Translations under genes and position numbers: made by a program
Shown: one piece after another, positions 12,362-23,380 of the stretch
How the letters are laid out: every line of letters begins with the position of its first letter
Numbering within the stretch: position 1 is the first letter of the stretch
NCBI GenBank assembly: GCA_002633005.1
Contig: NMRA01001255.1
Location: forward strand, 1 to 33,989
From: Phoronis australis
Taxonomy: Eukaryota > Animalia > Phoronida
Direction: 5' to 3'
DNA: 33,989 nt
The notes under the pieces: model-generated
What the model was told of the DNA's origin: nothing
The model's database searches: none
Seen by the model: only the letters and a program-made list of their open reading frames with translations

Positions 12362-12490
12362 AATCGAGACATTTGCAGAATTCAAACCCGAATAAGTTGC
12401 TGCAGTACCCGCCTTTCCTATGCCCTCCTTCTTTGCATCTTTTGCGGCATTTCCTCCCATTACAAGATCTGCGGAATCTTTGTAGGGCAT
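12362..12490 (-). CDS. Exon 3, copy A: furin site plus CS-alpha-beta defensin-like domain, (D)ALQRFRR-SCNGRKCRKRCKEGGHRKGGYCSNLFGFEFCKCLD
   Basis: Acceptor CTATTTCAG|, 129-nt phase 1-1 exon, donor T|GTAAGT. It has the same six-Cys framework as copy B, an RFRR site and net charge about +6. It is read in a different frame from the ORF-track call 12302..12490. Confidence 0.85.
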
Positions 12491-14087
12491 CTGAAATAGA
12501 GGGCATTATTCACGTGTAAAATACATTCGTACTTCATTCCATAGAACTATAGCCCTGGAATACCAACTGCAATCTCGTGGCCGTTGACGATGCAAAGCGC
12601 ATGCGAGAGAGTTGCTTGCTTTCACTTGTTCCGTTGTGTGTACTTGCATGCTCTGGAATCTACTATCACTTATGCTTTTCGCATCTCCCCCATTTTCAAC
12701 GGAATTGCAAAAGAGCCATATCACCAGAAAGCCTTTTGCCATTCAATGATGCCTATACCAGAATTCATAAGTAATTATCATTTCGCATACATGACTGGTT
12801 TAAAATATTTTTTAATTCTAAAAACCAAGAGTGTTACCAAACTTCGACAAACAACAGCGTGTAATAGTAACATAAACAGGAAGTGAACCAGAGAGGTTAT
12901 AAAAATGACTAGTTAAGCCATTACAGAAAGAATTTGAATGATTTAAAAGATTTCTTCGATATAAAAATAAAGGTTTAGAATATGGATCCCTCACATCCAT
13001 TGTGGATAATTTAGTCAGGCACTTATCCAAAATTATACATTTTTATGTATTATAATTAACTGAACCTTTTTTGGAGTTTGATACAATTACATTCTTCAGA
13101 AAAATTTGTATTGAAGTAACATTTAAGAAAAATATGGTAAACTACTCCAGGTATATATCCGAAAGTTGCTGATAAAGGTTGTTTGATAGATAAAAATGGG
13201 GAAAATCTACCACAAATCTTTGAAATGCACGGTTTATACATCACCATATTAGCTGCGGTGTAGGAATTCCCATAATAACTTAAAAATAAATTCTTTTGTT
13301 CAGAATATGAAAGTTTGTGATCCTGATACATACATGTACACTGTATATTCTATGTTACCGTAAACAAGAGACATTGGAACACGTCTTTACGATTGTTATT
13401 TTAGTAAAGGCAGTGGAGTCTAGTCATTGACAATATTCATAAAAAGAAACAGTGTTATTTTGAACACCTGTTGTATAGTTGTCAAGGTCAACATTAATGA
13501 ACGAAAAAACGGAACAGTTGGATTGAAAAGCGGTACTTCATGATAAAAAGCGAGACACCTGGGTCTAGGCCAAAACGTAAGGATGAAATGTTCGCTGCAA
13601 CCATAGACTATCGTGAGTACATGGACCACCAACTCCATATATTTTCAATGGACGAAATCTATGATCTTACGCATAAGCCGTGACGTTATTATTCACTAGC
13701 GACACCTGACAAAATCAGCAAGTATTACTTCCGGCAAGCATGGTTGGGTGTTCGGCCACACAGGCGAAATGTAAAGGTCTAAGTTTCCACAGCAGTGACG
13801 TTTGAATTACGCAATTACATGACCAATAGCATTGCCAAAAGTACTTCTGCTATTGGAGGCTTTGAACAGCGTTTCAGCAAAGTACATGCGAGCATTTCGC
13901 GGAAACTAAAATTGGTAATTTAGGAGGGTGGCGCCGTCTCTAGGATGATTTGCAAGAAAGCGTTGGGGGTTGCGAATCTATTGATCTATGCTGCAACACA
14001 CAAACGTGCAGAACAGGAGATTTAACACCCAAAAAATCTCGACCAAGTTGCACAAATAAATTATCATGAAACAAAAATTATTAAAAN

Positions 14088-15778
14088 CTAAAATGTCGGA
14101 AAAGTAATTTTGCAAAGAATTCGATTAGTTGTGATTTATAATTTTTCATCCAGTTATTCACTTGGATGAGTGCGTGGAAATCTTCACCGTCTGTAATGTC
14201 CCTGTGTTTTTCGGGTCAAGTTAAGTAGGGATAACGATGAGCAAAAAATAATAACTACAAGTTAAATTATTCCCAATTCCCTGACACAGGGGACCTAATC
14301 TCCAAGTTCAGACTTGAACTCATTTATCTAAGTTCTCGAAATCGTTTGCGTACTTGAGACGTTCATAACTCACATGGGTAATCTCTTTCTATCACCTTCT
14401 CTTTATCATGAGCTCTTTCTGATTCATGACAAGCTCTGGCAATATTACTAAAATCGAGTCTTAGTTCAATGAAAATAAATAGAGGCCTAGTCCAAAATTT
14501 GGGGCGTTGCAGTAAATTAACAGTTCTCCACTTATAACAGCTTATTATTTAAAATGACTTATTCTTATTAAAATGACATAGGCAAAAAATTGAATTTCGG
14601 ACCTCAAAAGTGAGGCCTCCTATATTAATATAGGAGGCCTCGCCGAAGGGAGGCCAGAGAGCGGGGTTCCTCTATATTAATATGGAATGCTCCGCCGAAT
14701 TGAGAAGTCAACATAGAGTTCACTCTCGTTTTGAATTAGTAATAACACTAAAACGACATAAGAATGGACAATAAGTGTTTCCACAAGTCCACAACTCCGC
14801 AGTAAATTTAGGCCAAAACTCGCTGGAGTTCTAATCGGGCCAGTTTCACGAAGGCAATCGGGCATTTGTCCCTAATTGTCTTTCATCGTCAATATCTCGC
14901 GTAACCTCGCAAAATCTCGGTTTTTCATCGATCTCCTTGCGTTAATTAACTCTACCCAGTGTTGGAAAAGTAGAAACCAAGCCCTTCAGTCATATGTGTA
15001 AGATTTGGAAGGATCTCATTTAGGCTGAAACGGCACAGTGGGCTCTGGTCTGTCATTTGAAAACTGATGCGGTGATACGGTATGCATGTAGTTTTACTTT
15101 ATAGAAGTCACTTAATGCGTTGAAGTGGTGCGCGATTTTCTCCAGTCTCGGCGATCCAATATTCGGTGGTACTCTGATCGACCGGAGTTGATTGCACTCG
15201 TGGCCAGTCGTGAGGTATCGGGAGCTGACTGCGACCCAAAACCACACCACTTGCAATTAAAGAAGTGACGATTCCTGCTAAGGTATGTTACATTAGTTTG
15301 TGTAGCTTTTGGATCAAAAACTGTTAAAATTGTTGGGGTTGGGCGCTGCCTTCCTTTAAACATTGAGGCGCAGTTTTCAAAAAAGTTTAGTCGCAGACCA
15401 GAACCAAGAATTCTATTTTTTGGAATTTGCATACGTTTTTACTTACAATCGAGACATTTGCAGAATTTCAACCCGAATATGTTGATGCAGTATCCGCCTC
15501 TCCAATACCCTCTTTCTTTGCAACTTTTGCGGCATTCCTTCCTATTGCAAGATCTGCGGATTCTCTGTAGGGCAACTGAAACAGAAGGCATTATTCACAT
15601 GTAAAATACATTCGTACTTCATTCCATAGAACTATAGCCCTGGAATACCAACTGCAATCTCGTGGCCGTTGACGTTGCAATGCTGCAACACACAAACGTG
15701 CAGAACAAGAGATTTAACACTCAAAAATTCTCGACCAAGTTGCACAAATATATTATCATGAAACAAAAATTATTAAAA
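14088..15778. repeat. Duplicated segment copy B (X' plus Y'); lacks the 1.39-kb A-only segment and carries a ~153-bp B-only insertion
   Basis: Begins CTAAAATGTCGGAAAAG, identical to 11129. It is colinear with copy A at a few percent divergence outside exon 3. Confidence 0.95.
15447..15575 (-). CDS. Exon 3, copy B: furin site plus CS-alpha-beta defensin-like domain, (V)ALQRIRR-SCNRKECRKSCKERGYWRGGYCINIFGLKFCKCLD
   Basis: Acceptor CTGTTTCAG|, 129-nt phase 1-1 exon, donor T|GTAAGT. Cys spacing is C-x4-C-x3-C-x10-C-x8-C-x-C with a GGYC gamma-core. An R-x-R-R convertase site precedes the mature peptide, whose net charge is about +6. The phase matches exon 2. Confidence 0.85.
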
Positions 15779-15797
15779 ACAGTAATAAGGCAAACAC

Positions 15798-15800
15798 TCT

Positions 15801-15831
<31 letters not shown>

Positions 15832-15860
15832 GAGCACACGCGCGCGCGCAAATACACACA
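15798..15860. repeat. (CA)n/(CG)n compound microsatellite
   Basis: Directly visible alternating purine-pyrimidine tract. Confidence 0.9.
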
Positions 15861-16870
15861 TTCACACTTACATTTAGCTAAGCAATTATGAGTAATTTTT
15901 CAAAAGTTCCGTAAACACATCTACATAGATATATGTATTTTAGGGCCTAAACATTTTGCTTAGGCCAAATGTAACTTATTTCCGCAAAATACTGTAAACA
16001 TGATTTTTAAGTCCTTATATCAAAGTATAATTTAGTTCAAAATCTTAAAAATATGTATCAAATTAAGTAATATGTAGCATAATGTTCACATCTTGTCTGT
16101 TATCAAACTAAAAGCCTTTTTGAGCACAATTTTTCTCCTCTGCCGAGATCAGAAAATCGAATATTTCCGTTTCCTATCGTGACCTAAATTCCTTTGCCGG
16201 TTCAGGAACGATTCCTGAATAACGGACATGTTGTCCTTGAAAACGTACATTGTATTGAGATCACCGTGAGCGTGAGCGTTGTTATTTTGTCTGGTTGTTT
16301 TTGATTCTCATTTCGGTTCTTTTTATACAAACTTGACTACCCGGACGTGTGAGCGCAGTGCGTACGTGGCAGCAAATAGGCAACGGCTTTACTGGCCGTT
16401 AAAAATGTTAAAAAAACATCCATACACGGCGATGTTCAACAAAAAACAAGTGTTACCACAAAAGAGTGAGCCTCACATCTCAGTTGTAATAACGAACACC
16501 TGTGCTTGATTTTGTTGTCAGGACACAGTAACCGGCGGCGTGACTCTTCGCTGGGAAAATAATAACTTGTTAAATTGGCTTTGATTTCCAGTTATTAGGG
16601 ACAGTATACATGTATTTCAGAACCTGACAAAAACTTACAATATATACCTCTGGGCCAAGCTGCATAAAAGTTATACGCCGTAAAGGAACAATGACCTCGC
16701 ATTATCACGAGTCACGTTGTTATTGTTGAACAATGCCTCTGACGTCATTGTCATTAAACAATCAAACTTATCAAGCGGACGTGACGGGTCCAGTTATATT
16801 TATATAGCATGACCCGCAATGATGGGTCGAGTTATATTTATATAGATAGAACCATCAAGGTAGGTGAAGC

Positions 16871-16899
<29 letters not shown>
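16871..16899. repeat. (TA)n microsatellite at PLE 3' end
   Basis: Directly visible. Confidence 0.95.
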
Positions 16900-16903
<4 letters not shown>

Positions 16904-18080
16904 CGTTGAAAAGTAAGCTGTTCTTTGCTTTAATTAGTTTGTACAACAAACTTTCGTAGTGTCTACACAAGTGTCTTTCATCAGATGGTAGTTGATATAA
17001 TAGATCGCCCAGTGTAAGTGGCATCACAAACACATATATATGAGTAAATATATAATAAAACTCTGTACAAAACATATCATAATAAAACAGTAGCGGTACT
17101 TCGACTATACATCAGTCATCAAAGGCAAATAAATCTAAAAATTATCAACGCTATCGTGTATGATACATAAAACAAGAACAATGACATTAAACACAAATAT
17201 AAGGTTGCATACATAAGAGCGCAATTACAGAAGGAATTGTCATGGAAACTAAATTAAACGTACACTGTACTATGTAACATAGTAAAATTTAATAAAATAC
17301 ATAGGTGAAACAACTTATGGACATTATTTATATAACGACAAGGTACGATGGAACCCAGTGTCTTGAGAATTTATGTAAGGTGTTTCAGTTTTTATTATTA
17401 ATGCTTCAAGTATTTTCAAACGAAAGAGGTCACGTTCGAAATACCTGACGATGGTATTATCAACAATATCTGAACGAGAAATTTTCTGTTTGTGGAGTGT
17501 TTGGAAGTGATCTTTAATTGATCCATTCTGTAAGTGCATAGATAACCGGCGAGATAAAGTGCAAGTTGTATAACCAACGTACCTTGAGCAATCAGTGTTT
17601 GAACGAATACATTCGTTGTGGGGACAATTGAACTGATAAATCAAGTCAGTTTTGGCTAACACTCGGACAGACTTTGAGCACATATTGTTTTTAACAACAA
17701 GATCTTTAGTTTTGTGGTTTTGGTAATATATAATTAATTTAAAGCTGTCTTCTGGCTTAACGGTCTTAACATTATTATGGATGATCCGTTTTAAAACTCG
17801 TTCATCTTCAATATAACGTGAATGGAATTGGTTGCGGTAGAATAGTTTTTTGGTACAACCACTTGCTTGTTTTAAACACATAGGCTTCTGCAACTGGCTT
17901 ATGAAAAGCTTCACATTCTCATCAACAAACTTATTGCTGTAACCGTTATTTATCATAATTTGCTTAATGCGATTACACTCGGTGTTGAAGGTTTTCCAGT
18001 CTGAGCAAACGGAATATGCTCTTTTCAAAAAGCTTGTCAAAACAGAGACTTTATATCTCAGAGGACATTGGCTAGTTTCG
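16900..18080 (-). mobile_element. 5'-truncated Penelope-like retroelement (PLE) with C-terminal GIY-YIG endonuclease
   Basis: An ORF encoding the RT thumb/linker and GIY-YIG domain is followed by a ~420-bp 3' region ending at (TA)n. The 5' end is cut at the (TACATA)/(TA)n tract. Confidence 0.9.
17324..18076 (-). pseudogene. PLE ORF C-terminal fragment (RT thumb, linker, GIY-YIG nuclease)
   Basis: SQCPLRYKVSVLTSFLKRAYSVCS...NNGYS is typical of the PLE thumb region. LIYQFNCPHNEC...YVGYTTCTLSRRLSMH...SIKDH...LKILEALII...INSQ supplies the GIY-YIG motifs including the conserved R, E and N. The RT core is absent and the TTG start in the ORF track is not a true start. Confidence 0.9.
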
Positions 18081-18082
18081 TG

Positions 18083-18160
<78 letters not shown>
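18083..18160. repeat. (TACATA)n/(TA)n microsatellite at PLE 5' end
   Basis: Directly visible. Confidence 0.95.
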
Positions 18161-18161
<1 letters not shown>

Positions 18162-20351
18162 CTGGACTCATCACGACGGATCTACACTACTGCAATAGGT
18201 GACAGGTCCAGTTTATAGATAGACCCATCCCGAATTTGGTGTCCCCAGTTACAAAGAGAGACTTCGCTGATCAACATTTACCGACAGGTGTACCCACCTA
18301 TAATCATATTTCATGTAGAAACACATATCTTTTTGTGGGTGTCCCCATTTTAGTCCTTGAAAAGCAAAAATTTACCAGATAAGAAAAGTTAAAATAATTA
18401 AAATTAAATAAGAAGCTGTTGGTAGCTCTGTGCAACTGGACCCTCTGATTGTCTAAATATAAAAATTCCACGACGAGAAATTATTGCGGTATTACGAGCA
18501 TGACGCGATATCTTTTAATCTCTTTGTCACACGAATTTCACTTATTCCTGGCCTGGGTAGCTAATTAATGTGTTCATCATGCTTGTGGAACACAGATGTC
18601 CCTGCACGACAGGCCAGGCTGTCTGGGCGGTGGGCCAGATCTCATAGCATTCACTCTTGTGAGTACTTTGGGGGGGGGGGGCAACCTATGTGACTACAAA
18701 ATACACTTATATTTCAAATTCCAAAAAGTTCCCACGTCTACCCTTGCACATTTTTTTAAGAAAAGTTGTTTTTGTTGCAAGAAATATTACGCACATTCCT
18801 GCCACTTGGTGGCACTTTTCTATTAAATTGACCTACATGTACCAAAGAGCCAGATTGTATTGTTGTGCACAGCAACTTAAATATGGCAGCTCCCATGGAT
18901 AATTCAAGGTTTCTCAAACAGCACTAAATTTTAATACCCACAACCTGAAGAAGCTTAGAGAAGCATCATGACAAAAGTTGATTGATTATGTGTATCAGAA
19001 CAAACGAAAAAGAACGATGTGTCACAAACGTTTGTGCAGGAAAACAGTTGCTTTGCCCAACTGGCTTATACACTGCAGCATGTTCTGCTTATACTACTCT
19101 AGAAGACTAAGCGTCATAACTAAAATTGAAAAGGCATAGAAACACGCATAGCAACGTTTCAAAACATCAACAGTAGTAATAAAGCTGAAGCTGCCGAAAG
19201 TGACACAGTTGTTACCCAAGATTTACCATGAAAATCAATTAGATTTGTAAAATATGAAGCACCAAATTAACCTGAAATTCATACATTCTGACACATTAGT
19301 GCATCATTTGCGAGCAGGAAAACTATGTTATGGGTCATATTTCAAGAAAGAGAGAATGAGGCAACTTTCTATAGCTTTGAATATAAAACAGGTTTGTGTG
19401 TTTTTATTGGGTACATCTTAGTGTTTTCGATGTGTGCTTAGTATTTTCACCAGTTCTTGTTTAGCTTGTTCAGTCCCTTAACGTTTCAGGCTGTAGACAA
19501 TAGTGCTGTCTCAACTGGCCCAGTAGAGAAGGTGGCCATGTCATAGGTTCTCCATATGCCGGACGTTTTTCGGCACATTTTGCATCACACTGATTGAACA
19601 ATCGAAGTCATGTTGCTTTAAGATTGAAAGTACCTTTTGAGCACTAGAAGGATGACTTAGGGGGCCGTTAGTTTCTTTATATTTTCCTAGCTTGAACAAA
19701 TACTCCTGAAATCCTGTTTTTCAAAGAGTTCGTCATTGCCCAAATTGAAAATCGACCATTTTTACACTGATTGCGTCAGGGGATAATCGTATGGCGTTAT
19801 ACTGTGGGTCTGATTTTAAGCACTTTAAATCAAGCGTTTTTGGGGAAGGTTAAAGAGAGTAAATGTTGCAATGAACTGTTAAATCAACGTGCGCAAGTGT
19901 ACCTCATCCCCCTCCGTAATCCTGGAACAGGGGCAACTTCTTCTGAATTTTTTGCAAACTGCAAACATTAATTACTTAGGTAGTTGCAATGGTACCTAAA
20001 TTAAAATGCCCGACTGGCCGGCGTCTCCGTAGTAATCTGAGGACGGGGGAAGCCCCTGCCCATTTTGTCAAACGTTCTGCAAACATATTGGCTATGGTAT
20101 GATCATCTGATTAAAAAAATAAATTTCAATATCTGCATTGGTACATCAGCGGACTCATTTTCAGTCGCATCAATTAATCTTATTGGACACGGTCAAAATT
20201 TTTAGGCGACAGATCACTGACAGACCGCTCCTTAATCTGTTATGCTAGTTTTTGATAAATTTCCGATACATGTAAGTCTGTCTGAAAAATGTGCATACCA
20301 GCACCCTGGTAGTTGAATGTTAAATCAGTGATACCAGTTTGCATTTTTCAG

Positions 20352-20500
20352 ATGGATTTGCATCGCACAGCTGAGTCCGGAGACATGAATATGCAAATGA
20401 AATTCAAGGACAGAGACCTTGTGGCCAAAGAAACCAAGTACGACCGGTTATATTATAAAAATAGAAATACAAAGACGAGGAAGAAGAAAGAATCCAGTTT
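20352..20500 (+). pseudogene. Possible decayed DNA-transposon protein fragment (Academ-like motif)
   Basis: KFKDRDLVAKETKYDRLYY resembles the DLxAxEAxYHxxCY motif recalled from invertebrate Academ-type transposase proteins. The key H and C are mutated, and the family assignment is from memory. Confidence 0.3.
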
Positions 20501-21635
20501 TCAGTAATGTTTTTCTACAGTTTTGTTTGGAGTTCATTCAAATTTTCTAACACACAATTCAATTCGGTGCTTTGGCCCTAAAGAAACCTGTTTTGTTCGC
20601 AAGCACATCGTTGTCACGTTCTCACGTAGGACTGCATCTGGGCCAGGTGAGAAATTTCCGTATCACGGTCGAATCGAATCATTTTGGACAGCCTTCATAA
20701 TTACGAACGGCCAATACACAAAAGCTTGCAATGAACCTTTGGTCACTGTTTGTCTTGTGGTCGAGCCCAGGCCCGTGTCAAACTTTGCGCAGGGGGTGGT
20801 TGAAATTTCTTGCATTAAAGCCCTCAGTTGACGCAGCTTAATCAGGGGAAGTAAATTTGTATACACAACAATGACTCTCAGCTCTATGTTTTTGAGATGA
20901 GACGGAATTACAATGAAGTAATACTCCGAGATGAAGGTGAAGTGGCGGTTGCTCAAAAATAACAGGACTCAATTAGGATGTATTGTGGTCAAAAACGTTC
21001 TCGCTTTACTTCCTGCCAAATTGTCAAATCGGGCATGTTTAAATGACTGATTACACCTTCTTGGACAGAATTATTCAGTCGGACATTGACTCGACGAAAT
21101 TTGTTATCTAGTTATATTTTTGCGTGTTAACGTTATTGCATTTTAAAAAATATGGAATGGGAATATTGATGAATTATAAACCACGATACATTTGCATCAA
21201 ATCCATGTCAAGGTCGCATCATTTCACAGCGGGGCTGAAAAGTTTAGGACCGCTACGCCTGAACTTCACCCACTGGAACCATGCACACGGGGGGTCGAAA
21301 TTAATGTAGTTACTGTAGCAGGTTACCATGCCCCTGCCAGTCTTCGCATAGTCAGTGAGCCCAATTCAGTCTTCTATATTATAAAACCGTTGGTCGCCGC
21401 AGCCCGGACCCATGCCTCAGATGTTGCCCCTAACTGATAATGATTTGTTATATACAGTAGATTCAAGATTCACGATTGGCAGTGATTGGAACCGAGCTCA
21501 TGTGTAAACAATGAAAGCCATGTATTTAGAGCTAGTGAACTTTTGCACAGCCTTTGATAGTTACTAAATGGTCACAAATACGGTAATTTATTCATGTTTG
21601 TTACGACTCATTAGCAGACAATCAGACTAATGAAC

Positions 21636-21860
21636 TGTGTGACTCAGTGGTTTGAGGTCCGGACTCCTGTTTTAGAGCGACCCGATCGAGTTCGAATCAT
21701 GGCTTCACTGACAGCCAATCGAGCATTGCACAAATGTGTCTGCAACTTCTCTGATCTCTTTCTTACTAATGAATACATGTACATGTACATGTACGTGCAA
21801 GGGTGTGAATTAGAACCTGGATATAATGCGAAAGCGACTCCAGGGGCTCTGCTTATACAT
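21636..21860 (+). mobile_element. tRNA-derived SINE, family 1, copy 2
   Basis: A box TGACTCAGTGG (21640-21650) and B box GAGTTCGAATC (21688-21698). Homologous to 4896-5100, with an internal TACATG expansion. Confidence 0.75.
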
Positions 21861-23380
21861 GTAAATTGAGAAAAAAAATAGGTTTTGGAATTGTGGACAT
21901 TCGAAATACTGAGTAAACTTTCGAAGATGGCGACAATTCGGAGTGGCGAACCTTCGGAATTGTGGCATCTAACCTTGAAAATCTTTTCCATCAAGTCAGT
22001 TGCTCGTATGAACTCGTGAGGCTGTGCTACACTGACACTAGTCAGAAGAGAAGTCTATCACCATTGCCGGAACAAAGTCTTTATTGTGTCTAGACCTGCT
22101 TTCCCCCAAAAATGTGAAGGTGCTCTTCGGTAAACCTTTTCTCAGAGCAAGCAAACACGGTTATAGTTAAATTCTGAGCAACGACGGAAGGCTGCCTTGT
22201 GTTAATTTACCGTCGCTTTCTACTGAATTTAAAAGAACGGAAACGCACACACGTGTACACGCATGCATGTGAATCCACCAATCCACAATCGAATTCAACT
22301 CTATATGAAAATATACCTGTATTTGGCAAACATTTCCAATTCCAAATTTGAAAACGCCTGCCCTTTACCGTACTATGCTAGCAAAAAATATTAGATAACA
22401 AACCTATGTTGTGTTGTTTTGTTTCTTGTTCGATTTTAAGGCATTCACACCTCACTGTGACTTTTTGGGAGCTCTCTCGCTGCTACTGTGTATACCTTAG
22501 CTAGGTGTACACATCTACTTCTTTATCCCCTTGTTTGCCTACGGTGTAACCACCACTCGTGTTCAATGCCGATGAGTAACGTAAAGCCTCGGAGGAGTCC
22601 TCCAATCGTATGCACGATCCTGTCATCTACATGTATGCAAATACCACTCGGGCGAAGCTGGCCGGGTACTGCCCGATTATTACATGAAGCGCTTTGAACC
22701 AGAAGCAAGTTCAAAATTATTACTAACTTAGTTAATATTGTAGTTAGTAGTACCAGTAACTGCAACTGTTTTGTTGTTGGCATCTGTATCATATCTTTAA
22801 CGGATAGGCTGGGGGTGGACCTTTTCCGCGGGGGGATTCGTTCGAACCCCTCCTCTAACCCCCTGGCTAAAGGCCGGTGGTCTCAACTCATATTATGGAT
22901 CTTGAATTACCTTCAAAACAGTCATTAATAAAAATCCCATATGACTTTAATTTGTCAGAAAAGACCATATGCCAAACGGCATTCGGACATGGGACTCCAT
23001 ACGTCCTCCGATATTACCGTTTACGTCTGGCTTCAACTTCGGAATGATAAGTGACAATTAACAACTGCCAAAGTGTATCTCGGGGTACAGTTACACCTTT
23101 GCTACGCACTCCTGATGCATAAACCAATAACCGTCCATCTGACCTGAACCCGAGACTTGTTCTTCAACAAAACGAACCACTTCATCAAAATCAAACATAT
23201 TTTACGGCGCCGAAGTCCTTGAGTCGTTAAAAACACGTCGCAATTGCAATGTGCTTAGTGACACTCCAAAACGACCCACGAGTACCTTTATTATTACATT
23301 TTGAGTCAGTCCTAGCTTGAACAAATCAACAATATGCTTGTTTCGGTTCTCCATTTTAATTTGAAACTGAGCAGCAACCT

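Larger units (their letters stand above)
11129..14086. repeat. Duplicated segment copy A (X 11129-12595, A-only 12596-13988, Y 13989-14086)
   Basis: X aligns to 14088-15680 and Y to 15681-15778 (4 mismatches in 98 bp). The copy ends exactly at the single N at 14087. Confidence 0.95.

Noticed and set aside
12302-12490. ORF MPYKDSADLVMGG... as a standalone gene
   Set aside because: Its ATG is lost in copy B. The alternative frame gives a conserved six-Cys defensin pattern bounded by splice sites.
12818-13331. AT-rich ORFs in the A-only segment
   Set aside because: No recognisable domain, no splice support, and the segment is absent from copy B.
21636-21710. Functional tRNA genes at the A/B-box sites (also 4896 and 6988)
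   Set aside because: No intact cloverleaf, and shared non-tRNA downstream bodies indicate SINEs.
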